A stretch of DNA of 64,000 bases from Plasmodiophora brassicae (lineage: Eukaryota), in contig CP145418.1 in the NCBI GenBank assembly GCA_036867785.1, positions 558,001 through 622,000 on the forward strand. Reading direction: 5' to 3'. Positions 1 through 10,963 of this stretch are shown here, piece after piece; within the stretch, counting starts at the first letter, position 1; every line of letters begins with the position of its first letter. The translations under genes and the position numbers were made by a program. The notes under the pieces were generated by a model that saw only the letters and a program-made list of their open reading frames with translations, was not told the origin of the DNA and did not search any database.

Positions 1-1073
1 CCAGTTCCCGAAGCTGCTGTTCTTTCATCTCACGCTTCTTCATCTCAATCCGACTCTGCATGTCCTGGCGTGCAGCGAGTTCAGAGCGAGCATTACGCTC
101 AGCCAGGTAGAGGGTCTCCGAGAACGCGGCGAAGTTGTCATTGATCTGAACTTCCTGCAACCCGCGCCCGTCCGCTGCCAACCGTTTGTCAGCGGCGATC
201 GTGTACCCCTTGGTATTCTTCCAGTTCGATACGCAAGGTGGAATACGCCACATGCGCTGATCCTCCACCGTGACCTTCCGCTGCGGAGAATGCATGATGG
301 GGACCGGAGGCGACGGGGGCGCAGCTGGTGCCTTCATATGCTTGAACTTGGCCGGTTCAATAGGATCAACCGGCAATTCCTGCATGCGAATGATGCGCGT
401 CTCTCCGTCTTTCGCGCCAGTGTATCTGACGTAGGTTGGCCCGTTGCCCACAGCTTTCTCCACCTGTCAACGCATCAGTGTACCTGAACGTGGCAGCGCT
501 CCCTTCGTTTCCTACCGGGCCAGAGCGCGGCTGGGCCGCTGAAATCCGTGTCTCAATAAGCTTCTCGAGTGCTTGGCGTGTTTTATCCTGCACGCCAACC
601 TGTCAGAAGCCGGTCAACTCCAGATACATCCACCCATTGCATACCGTAACGGCTTGTTCTGTTTCTGCATCAGGCCGGGCCAATTCCTCAGCAGACGGAT
701 CTTTCGGCCTCAGATCGTCCAAGCTCTTCTGAACGAGCTGATCTTTACGAATGCGTTGGGTAACGACACCCGTGTAGTCCACATCTCCATCGGCACTGAC
801 AGATATCGTTGCCAGTGCCGTCGACATGCCCGAATTGTCACGCCTCCCCATGCCTAGCGGGAACTGGAGGCGGTGGATCTCCGGGAACGCTCCTCCATCG
901 TCGAAGTCGGCATCCGTACGAGGGATGTAACCGGCCCGGTTGCCGTATGGAGGGATTGCCTTCTTCCCTGCTACCTGAAGTGAACGAACAGAACCACCAG
1001 GTGCTCCCGCTGATTTCTGGTCCGGCGGCGCCAGCCGGTTCTTCGGTGCTGGAAGAAGATCAGCCAACGACAT
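1..1073 (-). CDS. SNW1: SNW/SKIP spliceosomal protein (Prp45 homolog), 3' end runs off the left edge, spliced
   Basis: N-terminus MSLADLLPAP...PPYGNRAGYIPR...DFDDGGAFPEIH...FPLGMGR. Downstream exons give PRFKHMK, PPVPIMHSP, WRIPPCVSNWKNTKGYTIAADKRLAADGRGLQ. Confidence 0.95.
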
Positions 1074-1189
1074 TACTCCAATGAGCAATGACGACCGCTC
1101 TCGAAAAGTCCGCGGCGACGTGCAGCGCGCGCGCCGCCAGTAGCTGGCCGCTTGCCATCCATTACGAGTCGGCTATTGTTCATTACTAG

Positions 1190-2026
<837 letters not shown>

Positions 2027-2649
2027 TAGTTTCGATCGGCACCACACAATCGCGACGAGAGATAGCGATCGCGGCGCCACGCAAATTGTTGTCACAGTGA
2101 CAGCCCTCGCGGTGTCGCGTGATGCCGGGCGTTCTAGTCAGAGTGGACGACGTCTGCGTGGACCGCTGCGACACGCTGACAAAATGGAACCTTGCAAAGG
2201 GAGCAATGTAGGCTGTAATACAGTTGGCATGGGCCATGCAGGTATGGCCGTATGGGTAAAATAGTACCGCGCACGCAACAGACTACGTATCGCTCCAGAC
2301 ACGGATCGCGTTGACAAATGCCCAAGCTACCTACAAGAGGGCGGCCATTCAACCGCTTCGTTTCTAAAGAAAGGCGGAGAACCAGGCGTTGAGCGTCGTT
2401 TGGGATGGAATTACACATTTGCGACAGCTCACCGCAGCTGTCTTCTTAGGCAAGGCGTGCTTCGGGGTTGCAAGGCTACCGCCGATGCGGTTACGGATGG
2501 GCACCGATGCCAGACCTCTATGTAGCTCGTTGCTGGTTCTACAGCAGTCGGGTCGGCGGCAGGCATCCGTAATTCGTGACCCGACCCGACGGAAGATTTT
2601 GCGAATTGTGCGCGCCCCGATCGCACATTGATCGAGTCGTGTCGTGGAG

Positions 2650-3564
2650 ATGGCGCGATCCTTTGTTGCTGCGGTGACGGTTGCAATGGCCCTGGCGTTG
2701 GCGGCGGCGCAGGTCCCAGTCACGTCCAAGTTTAAGTTCGGCGAGTTCTTTCGAGGGTACGGCCAATCATCACGTCTATACATGTCAGGTGCTGAGGTCC
2801 CGTCAGGGAGTTTAACGTTGTCGTCAGCAAAGGGGATGTTTCCCAGGGATATAACCCCGGTATGAGTACGCATTAAATACGACACTGCTCGTATGACTGA
2901 CAAATCGTTACACAGAGCCATCCTCGATACTGAAGTTGAACCTGAGCGAGTCGGCTGCCAAGACGGCTGACTCTCCAAAGATTCTGTTCGGCGAATCCTT
3001 CATTAACAACACTGAAACCGGTGCGATTCACGACCGTGGAGTCATCGAAGTGTCAGCTCGTTGCGCGTTCGCTGAATGGTAGGATTTAACTGTTGTGTCT
3101 ACAGCGAATTCAACAGCGACGATCTGAACTCGGGCGCCCTGAAAGCAGGGAAAGACGATGGGTAAGCCGTGGCGCATAGTCAAAATCCATAAGCTCTTCT
3201 GAATGGTCATTAAAGGCCGGTGTCCACGTTGTACGAGTTCCACTTCGATGTCGTTCCCAACGGTGTTGCCATTTCGACCGGCCATTTCAAGGCGACACCT
3301 GATTCCCCGGAAACGGCATACACGTTCCAGATCAACTCCTGGGACTCGTTCACGTTCACGAGCGTGGCATCTGATGGCAAGGTTACGTTCTGGTTCGGCC
3401 AGCGCGTCAAGACTGAACTCCCCAAGAGCTTTCTCTCGAAATACGGATCGACGCTCCTACTCGTTGCCGTGTTCGGCTTTAACATGCTCATCCAGCGCAA
3501 GCTGAGGAAGGATACGACTCCGAACGTTGCCCAGAAGGCCTCGGAAGCCAAGAAATCCGAGTAA
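2650..3564 (+). CDS. Type I membrane protein of unknown function, probably ER-resident, multi-exon
   Basis: Signal peptide MARSFVAAVTVAMALALAAA, C-terminal TM segment (YGSTLLLVAVFGFNMLI) and a terminal KKSE dilysine motif. Confidence 0.65.
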
Positions 3565-3717
3565 CTTGTCGGCCCATACCGGTCCCTTGCCGATCGATAC
3601 ACAGTCTGTGAAACGATTTTCCACTGAAAGCGCTCGTGTCTTAACTGGAAACGAATGCGTCTTGGGAATATCCCAGGTCAGACAGGGTCTGAATGCCAAC
3701 GGTTCGCAGTCCGAAAG

Positions 3718-4418
3718 ATGGTGGACGACTTCAAGGGAGACGCGATGGAGCAGGATGCCGTCGATGCGTTGCTGCCGCTTGGGTTCGATGAGTATGCCGT
3801 CGAATCGCGGGAGATCATCGCAATGGGCTGCTGATGCCTGCGCGGCAGGGCTCAGATTCGGGCGGCGTATCGCGTGTGCGGAGGGCAATCGATTGACGCG
3901 GTCGCCGAGTACCTGATATCGTTTCCCACGCATGAGCCATCGATGCATGCGGTCGCCGTTGTAGATTGCAAGTTGGTACTCGTTGTCAACACTGATTTGG
4001 TGATGACACCAGGTGTGGTATCTGCTAACCGCACAGAGTACAATTACGCTGACGCCGCCATAGGCAAGATTGCATCCCAGTGTGCACATGCTGCTCTCGG
4101 TGCTGTCCAACTCGCTCAAGAATCGCATTCCACCTACCTGGCAATGTGGCAGAACCAGGGCGAACCCATTATCGTGTGCAAGCGTCCGGGCGACTTCACA
4201 GATCTCGCCCTGCTCTGCAATCAATTGTCGCTGCCAGTGTACACCGTTCAGGTAGGCGTTGCGTTGACACTATTTGCAGAAACCATTCTCGTTGATGCTG
4301 GACTAATCAGGACGCGGGCCGAACACAAGTGAAGTCGGGGAGCGAGACTGTCCTGGCGATCGGTCCATCTGCAACGAACATGGTGGACGAAGTGACAGGC
4401 AACCTCAAACTCCTGTAA
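3718..4418 (+). CDS. PTRH2: Peptidyl-tRNA hydrolase 2 family protein with an N-terminal UBA-like domain, multi-exon
   Basis: [25 protein letters not shown] ... [21 protein letters not shown]...[11 protein letters not shown]. The N-terminal exons give [32 protein letters not shown]. Confidence 0.88.
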
Positions 4419-4469
4419 AGGAACGACATTCAAACCAACGCGTTCCAAGGTTGCGTACATTATTTTATA

Positions 4470-5825
4470 TCAGTCGTATTGACAATCCATAGCTTCAATA
4501 TCATGCTTGCATAGCCGGAACAGATCACACGCGACTTTCGCCCAGCGATCGCGATCGCGTTGCAACGCTTCGATTTCGTCTGCCTGTGCGGATAGCTTGC
4601 TGGTCAGAACGGCGACAACGTCCCCAGCTGGGACGACATCGTCATCTTGGAACGGTCGCTGCTGCCGATTGCTCCGAGACCCAGCAGGCATGGGAGCGGT
4701 TGACAGCCGTGTAACAACGTTCACACTCTTTCCTAGCCGCTCAACCAGCGTGACTTTCGACGCGATCGCATCAGCATCCGGCTGCATTGCAACATTGACG
4801 ACGGCGCTCTTAAAGAAGACGTAACGATAGTGGGTTCTTGGCGTCCCTGACGCTGCCTGTCGTAGCGTATGAAGGCACTGACGGGATCGCAGATCCCACA
4901 ATTTCACAACGCCGTCATCTCCAGCCGATGCCAATACTGCACAGCTAGCACTTAACGCCATCGACGTCACTGGCGACGTGTGTTTCCCTTCCATCGATTC
5001 CACAAGTTTGGCACCTTCTGCCAACGAGGCAGCCGAGTGCACAAGTCGGCAACGATGGACGCGCCCATCAACGGTTGCGGCACAGAAGAAAGCTTGCCCT
5101 GGATCGGCTACGACGGCGCTGAGCCCGCTTCCCAGCTGGAACGTGAACAGCGCAGTCGGGCAACCGATCGAGAACAACCTGACAGTTCTGTCAGCAGATC
5201 CGGTCAGCAGACGAGTTCCAGCAGGAAGAGCAGTCATGCAAGTAATCGACAGGCTGTGATCAGTCCAGCGTGAAACTGGAACCGGTTCGAAGGACCGAGA
5301 GGAACCCTGCGTACAATCTGCGAAGGCATACGCGTTAGCAACGGCGTCCTGCCCACCAGTGCATAGAAACGCGTTATCGTCGGTGAATGCAAGGACGTCA
5401 ATTTGTCTGAGATGAGGACGGAATGTTGATAACATTGCGCCTGTAGTTGTCGACCAGATGTACACGTGGCCGCTCGCGCTTCCGATAGCGATGTACAAGC
5501 CATTGCTCGAGATGGCAATTGATGTCGCTGGTTCCGGCAGTGAACACTGGAGCTCGCCCGATAGTGTTCCCAACGGGACGACAATCAAAGACCGACGGTC
5601 ATCAGGAGCAACCGCGGCAAACGCCCGTATGCGGTCAACGACAAAAGCCGTTGTCAAGGACGTCGTCCAGCCCGAGCGCGACTTACTCGCTGCAATGTGC
5701 GACGAACGTCGAAGACTTCCAGATGATATATCCCAGGAATCCAGAAAACCACATGACGAGAAGGCGCAAACGGAGTCGGTCGTTGAGTCGAAGTTGTCCA
5801 TTCCGTCAAGAGTCTGAGGGTCCAT
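4470..5825 (-). CDS. WDR18: WD40-repeat protein, WDR18/Ipi3-like (Rix1 complex)
   Basis: WD repeats: SNGLYIAIGSASGHVYIWSTTTGAML...HLRQIDVLAFTDDNAFLCTGGQDA, WTDHSLSIT, TGSADRTVRLF. Ends in a C-terminal coiled coil. Confidence 0.8.
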   Translation of the reverse strand: MDPQTLDGMDNFDSTTDSVCAFSSCGFLDSWDISSGSLRRSSHIAASKSRSGWTTSLTTAFVVDRIRAFAAVAPDDRRSLIVVPLGTLSGELQCSLPEPATSIAISSNGLYIAIGSASGHVYIWSTTTGAMLSTFRPHLRQIDVLAFTDDNAFLCTGGQDAVANAYAFADCTQGSSRSFEPVPVSRWTDHSLSITCMTALPAGTRLLTGSADRTVRLFSIGCPTALFTFQLGSGLSAVVADPGQAFFCAATVDGRVHRCRLVHSAASLAEGAKLVESMEGKHTSPVTSMALSASCAVLASAGDDGVVKLWDLRSRQCLHTLRQAASGTPRTHYRYVFFKSAVVNVAMQPDADAIASKVTLVERLGKSVNVVTRLSTAPMPAGSRSNRQQRPFQDDDVVPAGDVVAVLTSKLSAQADEIEALQRDRDRWAKVACDLFRLCKHDIEAMDCQYD

Positions 5826-5903
5826 TCTCCTGCGGTGTCCGCCACGCACTCCGTGAGGTCATCTGGTGCACGGACATCCCGAGATCTAACGTACCCATAT
5901 CAA

Positions 5904-6243
5904 GAGCATCTCCACCCGTTGTACCTAAACCTAAATTTTTCCGTAGATTTAGAGATAATGATAATGAATTCGTTCCCCACCCGTTGTACCTATACCTAAC
6001 CGTTTAGGTAGAGTCTTTAAACGGGACCACAGATCTGAGCAGATCTGTCACGGAGTATAGGTAGCGCCCAACGGCAGCGGAATTGCGTGGGACGCCGTCG
6101 GATCGGACAACTCCACGGCGACACACGTTCAAAGAATTAGAGACGCCGAGCACCGCTGGGGGGAGCACCAATTTTTCTGTAAATTTGGTGATCCCTATGA
6201 GTCCGCTTAGGTATAGGTTTAGGTACAACGGGTGGAGATGCTT
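5904..6243. mobile_element. MITE, PIF/Harbinger (Tourist)-like, 340 bp
   Basis: About 30-bp terminal inverted repeats (GAGCATCTCCACCCGTTGTACCTAAACCTA / TAGGTTTAGGTACAACGGGTGGAGATGCTT), flanked by a 3-bp direct repeat CAA (5901-5903, 6244-6246). No coding capacity. Confidence 0.8.
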
Positions 6244-6410
6244 CAAGGCCGGCTGGAGGTGGGAATTGGAATCTAATTAATTAGTGTGAGTAACACTAAT
6301 GGGAAGCTAACACTATTCAGTTATACATATAAGCGGGCTTTCCCTCCATCGACCATACTTTGTTCATCTTCGCATGCTCCACGATGCCCAATGCTTTTCG
6401 AGGAACAGTA

Positions 6411-7282
6411 CTCCCCTCCGTCGGCCTCGGGCCTTAATCCTTCGGGTCAGCCTGGCACAGTGGCCGGCGGGAACGAAGTCACAGGCCATCTTCATTCAAG
6501 ACAATGCACGGCCCCATGAAAAGGCCGACGACGCGGCGGGTTATGCAGCTGGTCACTCAGACGGGTTCAATATCAACTTGATGTGTCAACCCCCGAAAAG
6601 CTCGGACTTTAACGTCTTGGACTTGGATATCTTAGCTGCCTCCGTCCATTGCCTGTTTGGTTTGGTTTGGTTTAATTTGTTTTTCGCGCTTTTTCTTTTC
6701 ACGCAGGCGCCTCGGTCTCGAGTCCGAGGATCGAAGGATCAGCAGCAGAACGCCAACATCCCCCGGCCTGGCAGTGCCGGCCCGTCACCATTGTACTGGG
6801 TTCATCGCGCCTTGGACGATATCGGAACGGGACGTGATTCGCTCGGACTTGTCGACTGCACTCTTGTCGGACCTCTTTCGCCATACCGCCTATGCCGGGG
6901 AGCCGACATACACTTGTTACGGGCCGTTCCTTTACCTCCCAGACGCTCAAGCGAGACCCCTAATTGCTCTGGCACTTTGGGCTGCCTGATCAGTAAACAC
7001 CCCTTCAACATTTACGGCTGTTGGTCACCGGGACTTTTTTGGGGGAGTTCGTGCCTCGAACTGGGGACCTTGCGGTCCCGCGACTGCTTGCTGACCTGTT
7101 GCTAGTACTCCTGACCAGCTAGGCCACTGGGGCAGCGCCCCTGTCCATTGCCTGTGATGAGGAACCTGTTCGTGCAGCGAGGGCCGTTCTGGACGCTCAC
7201 GTTGCTGTCTACATTCGTTGGAACCAATCATTCTCGTACATCTATTTTTTGAAACCTGTCATTCAGTCCCTGACAGAGGGAG
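6411..7282 (+). mobile_element. Internally deleted Tc1/mariner element (plant/oomycete DD39D, Stowaway-type ends)
   Basis: Ends are TA-CTCCCCTCCGTC ... GACAGAGGGAG-TA. Carries a transposase fragment IFIQDNARPH...NLMCQPPKSSDFNVLDL. Confidence 0.75.
6657..7142 (-). mobile_element. 486-bp insertion, probably a 5'-truncated non-LTR retroelement or SINE
   Basis: Flanked by a 13-bp direct repeat GTCCATTGCCTGT (6644-6656, 7143-7155). The minus strand ends in an A-rich (AACCA)n tail. The neighbouring transposase copy lacks the insert at the homologous site. Confidence 0.7.
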
Positions 7283-7287
7283 TAACG

Positions 7288-8020
7288 AGTTCCAACGAAT
7301 TTAGACAGCAACATGAGCGTCCAGAACGGCCCTCGCTGCACGAACAGCTTCCTCATCACAGGCAATGGACACTTGGAGGCAGCTAAGATACCCAAGTCCA
7401 AGACGTAAAGTCCGGGCTATTCGGCCGGGGGTTGACGCATTAAGTTGATATTGAACCCGTCTGAGTGATCAGCTGCATAAACCGCCGCGTCGTCGGCCTT
7501 TGCATGGGGCCGTGCATTGTCTTGTTGAATGAAGATGGCATGTGACTTCGTTCCCGCCGGCCACTTCTCTTCACAGTCGGAATGACCTCTTCTACAAGGA
7601 GACGAACGTGTCCTTCCCGGTTCAGCTCCTTCGTGTTGGTTACAAGTGGGTCACGTTGTCGGTTCTTAGACGAGCGCTTCGCGGGTTCCTGCTGCATTAT
7701 AGGTCACACCCCAATGCGGCCGTCGAACAGCAGTTCGCGATCGGGATCGTAACTCTTGCGGCACGACTATACGTCCTATACACGACGCGTTGACCGACTG
7801 CCGTCGGTCCCCCGCTCGCACGGACTTTATTCCGGCTATGTCGACGCCTGACACGACCGCGACAAGGAACATGACCTTTGTGATGAAGCGGCTGCTCTTA
7901 ATTAACGTGCCGATCCGGGACGTGCTCGTCAGGAACGATGTAATATCCCTTCTTGACCTTTGTCGCGTAAAACCACTTCTCGTCTATGTGGATCGACCGG
8001 TGCTCTCATCAGGTTCGCTG
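7288..8020 (-). pseudogene. Degenerate mariner-type (DD39D) transposase
   Basis: Frameshifted motifs in the expected order: HIDEKWFY, ITKVMFLVAV, FDGRIGV, PAKRSSKNR, EEVIP, IFIQQDNARPH, NLMRQP..VLDLG. Contains stops and frameshifts. Confidence 0.85.
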
Positions 8021-8167
8021 ACGGGTTAGGCGTCAGCAAACCGCCCCTGCATTATAATGCATCGGCTTGGTCGTCGATTCGTTAGGCACCCGACTATTCG
8101 CGCGTAAACCTGTAACGAATGAAGCAAGTTCGATCAGGGCTGAGTCTGTTGCGCATTGCGTTGCGCG

Positions 8168-9142
8168 ATGGCCGTGGGTGCCGCTGCTCCGTCGATGTCG
8201 TCGCCGCTGCTAGCCGTGGCTGGCATTGTTATCGCCCTCGTCGTCATCGCCATCCGTGCGTGTGCGTCGCGCCGCCATAATGTCGTCGCATCTAACATTG
8301 CGTTTCAGTATTGGCGGTGCGCCTGCGATCGGCGAAGCGCAACGCGATCGTCGTAACCGGCCCGATGAATGCAGGAAAGACGGCGTTGTACTACAGGGTT
8401 GGCGGCACGGTGTGACTTTCAACTGTTGCCTCCTTCTAACGTAGCGTCAGGTGATGCAAGACGGGTTTCGTGAGACAGTCCCTTCGCTACGACCGAACGA
8501 TCTCGAGTTCGACGTGCCTGGGCTGAATGCCTCGATACGCATGATAGACTACCCTGGACACTCATCGTTCCGTCTGGGCCTATCAGCCTATCTCGACCAG
8601 GCCGTGGCCGTTGTCTTTGTCGTTGACAGTGCATCGCCAAGCGAGCTCCCTGCAGCGGCCAAGTCAGGTCAACACTGGAATGCAGTATGGCGGCTGATTC
8701 GACTCTGGACAGGTTGCTGCACGCCGTGCTTGTACATCCGGTCATCCACAAGCGGAAGGTTCCCGTTCTTGTCGTTTGCAATAAGGCGGATCTACAGGAA
8801 GCGCTCCCAGTTGACACGATTGCGCACAGCCTTGAAAACGAAATGTGACGCGTCCGTCCGAATGTCTCTTCGTACTTGCTGCTGATTCTTGGTTCGGCAG
8901 TGACGTTATCCAGCAGTCCCGAGAATCGATGAAGGACATTGACGCCCGGGAAACGCAGCAAATCACGTTGGGACAAGGGGGAGCGCCGTTCAAGTGCGAT
9001 CGTACTCTGCCTGACCCTATGATGACATGATCGCTGACCGACCGTTAGATTCTCGCACTGCCCGGGGAAAGTCATGTTCGGGTCGACAACGGCCCTCAAG
9101 GGCGACGTATCCTTTGTCGTTAGCAACATCCCGGTCCTATGA
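8168..9142 (+). CDS. SRPRB: Signal recognition particle receptor subunit beta, multi-exon
   Basis: N-terminal TM, then GPMNAGKTALYYR, ETVPS, IDYPGHSSFR, VVFVVDSA, VLVVCNKAD, and IDVIQQSR...LGQGGAPFKFSH. Confidence 0.9.
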
Positions 9143-9270
9143 CCGGAACGCGCGCACGTTCGCCTGTCCTGTGGACGAATACACATTACTCTTCGGATCC
9201 GGCGTTGTTGCGCATTCCGCCACGGCCTAAGACGACCAGGGGCGTCCGGGTTGGCAGCCGCGACCCACAC

Positions 9271-10928
9271 ATGGATGCGCCAAAGATACTCGTGCTTGGG
9301 ACGGTGACGGCGACGGCACCGTTGTACCGGCGATTGCAGAAGCTGCATGCGAAGCAGAAGTTCGACGCGGCGTTCTGTGTGGGGACGTTTCCAGTTGAGG
9401 AGGCGGTGGCCACGCCGGCGCCTTTGCCCGTGTACTACCTCCTGCCTGCAAATGATCCCATGCCAGACGCCTCGTCGATCGCGGCGAACGTCACTGTCCT
9501 TCATGGGCACGGGCAGGTCGATGTTGGACCGTTACGAGTCGGGTATCTTGCGGGAGTGTTCCATGGTGAACCGCCGGGGTACACTCCAGGAGACGTGGCG
9601 GCCCTGGAAGCGCTCGGCGCGTGTGACCTGTTGCTGACCCAGGACTGGCCCAGAGGTTTCCATACCCTTCTGCCTGATGATCGCATCCCGGGTTCGCTCC
9701 GCCACAAGACGGACGCCACGGGATCGTACCTGGTCGCTCAGCTTGCCATGCGCTTACGCCCACGTTATCATTTCGCTGGCGTTCCGTCTGCACATTGCGA
9801 ATTGCCTCCGTATCGCAACGACCAGGATTCGTCGTCATTCACGCGATTCATCGCGCTCGCTGAACAAGGGTCTGATCAGAAGTCGCTGTACGCCTGTGTG
9901 ATCGGACCGGCACCTTCGGCACCGCCAGCCGATGTGACGCCATGCCCGTACACGGCAACTCGTACAGAACCGTCGTCGCGCCCCGCCAAGCGTCCGAAAA
10001 CGACAACCTCGATGGCGAAGCTTGCTCCCGTAGAGGTCGCACAGACCCGATGGGCTATGGGGCCTCAGAGCGGGCAGCCTCCTCCTCCCGGGTACGTCTG
10101 CCGCCTCTGTTCCGTCGCCGGGCACTATATCGAGGATTGCCCGCAAGCGTCCACGCCACCGGATGGTTACGTGTGCAATCGCTGTCATCAGCCCGGGCAT
10201 TTCATATCGGCCTGCTCGATGAAGAGGGCGTCCCGTGAGCCGCAAGAGTGCTGGTTCTGCCTTGCGTCGCCATCTGTGGAAGCGCACCTCATTGTTAACA
10301 TTGGTCCGGCCATGTACGTTGCCTTGGCACGCGGTCCTCTGAATGACTCCCATGCCCTGATCATCCCCATTTCGCATGTTCGGTCATCCAGGGAGCTGTC
10401 ACCCGACGAACGCTCCGACCTGGTATTTCTGCAGGTGACACCTTCAAGGGTTCACTACTGATCTGGCGTTGGCATGGACAGGATAAATACAAGGAGGCCT
10501 TGAAGACCATGTTCAACGGGAACTGCGTCATCTACGAACGATTTATCGCGACTCGTGCCGCGACACATATGCAAGTACAAGTCGTACCCGTGGATGCCGC
10601 ATTCGATTCCAGGGCGTTTCGAGACCTATGCGCCCGCGAGTCTGGCGTCGACTTCGAGGTCGTCGATGACAAGTTCACGGTCGACCGGATAGCCAGTGAT
10701 TCGCAGTTCATTTTCGTGGAAGCACCTGGAGAACGCATGCTGTTCCACATGGAACCGGGCGATAGGCGACGTGTCCCGTTACAGGTTGTCCGGCAGGCCC
10801 TGGCCGTTATGGCTGGTGAACCCGCCAAGGCGGACTGGAATATGTGCCGACTGAGCGTCGACGAGGAAACGGCGCAACGAGACCGCTTCAAGGCACAGTT
10901 TGCGCCTTTCGACCCATTCCCAGAATAA
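9271..10928 (+). CDS. CWF19L1: CWF19-like protein 1 (Drn1) with two CCHC zinc knuckles; intron at about 10423-10481
   Basis: Metallophosphoesterase-like N-terminus (KFDAAFCVG, CDLLLTQDWP, LRPRYHFA, TRFIALA) and CwfJ C-terminus (CWFCLASPSVEAHLIV, HMQVQVVP, FAPFDPF). Confidence 0.92.
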
Positions 10929-10963
10929 TGCGCTTCGGTGTCGGCGACGTCCGAATAGGTGTC

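Noticed and set aside
2100-2580. Possible small spliced gene between CMPK1 and the ER membrane protein gene
   Set aside because: Intron-like signals are present, but no spliced product resembles a protein family.
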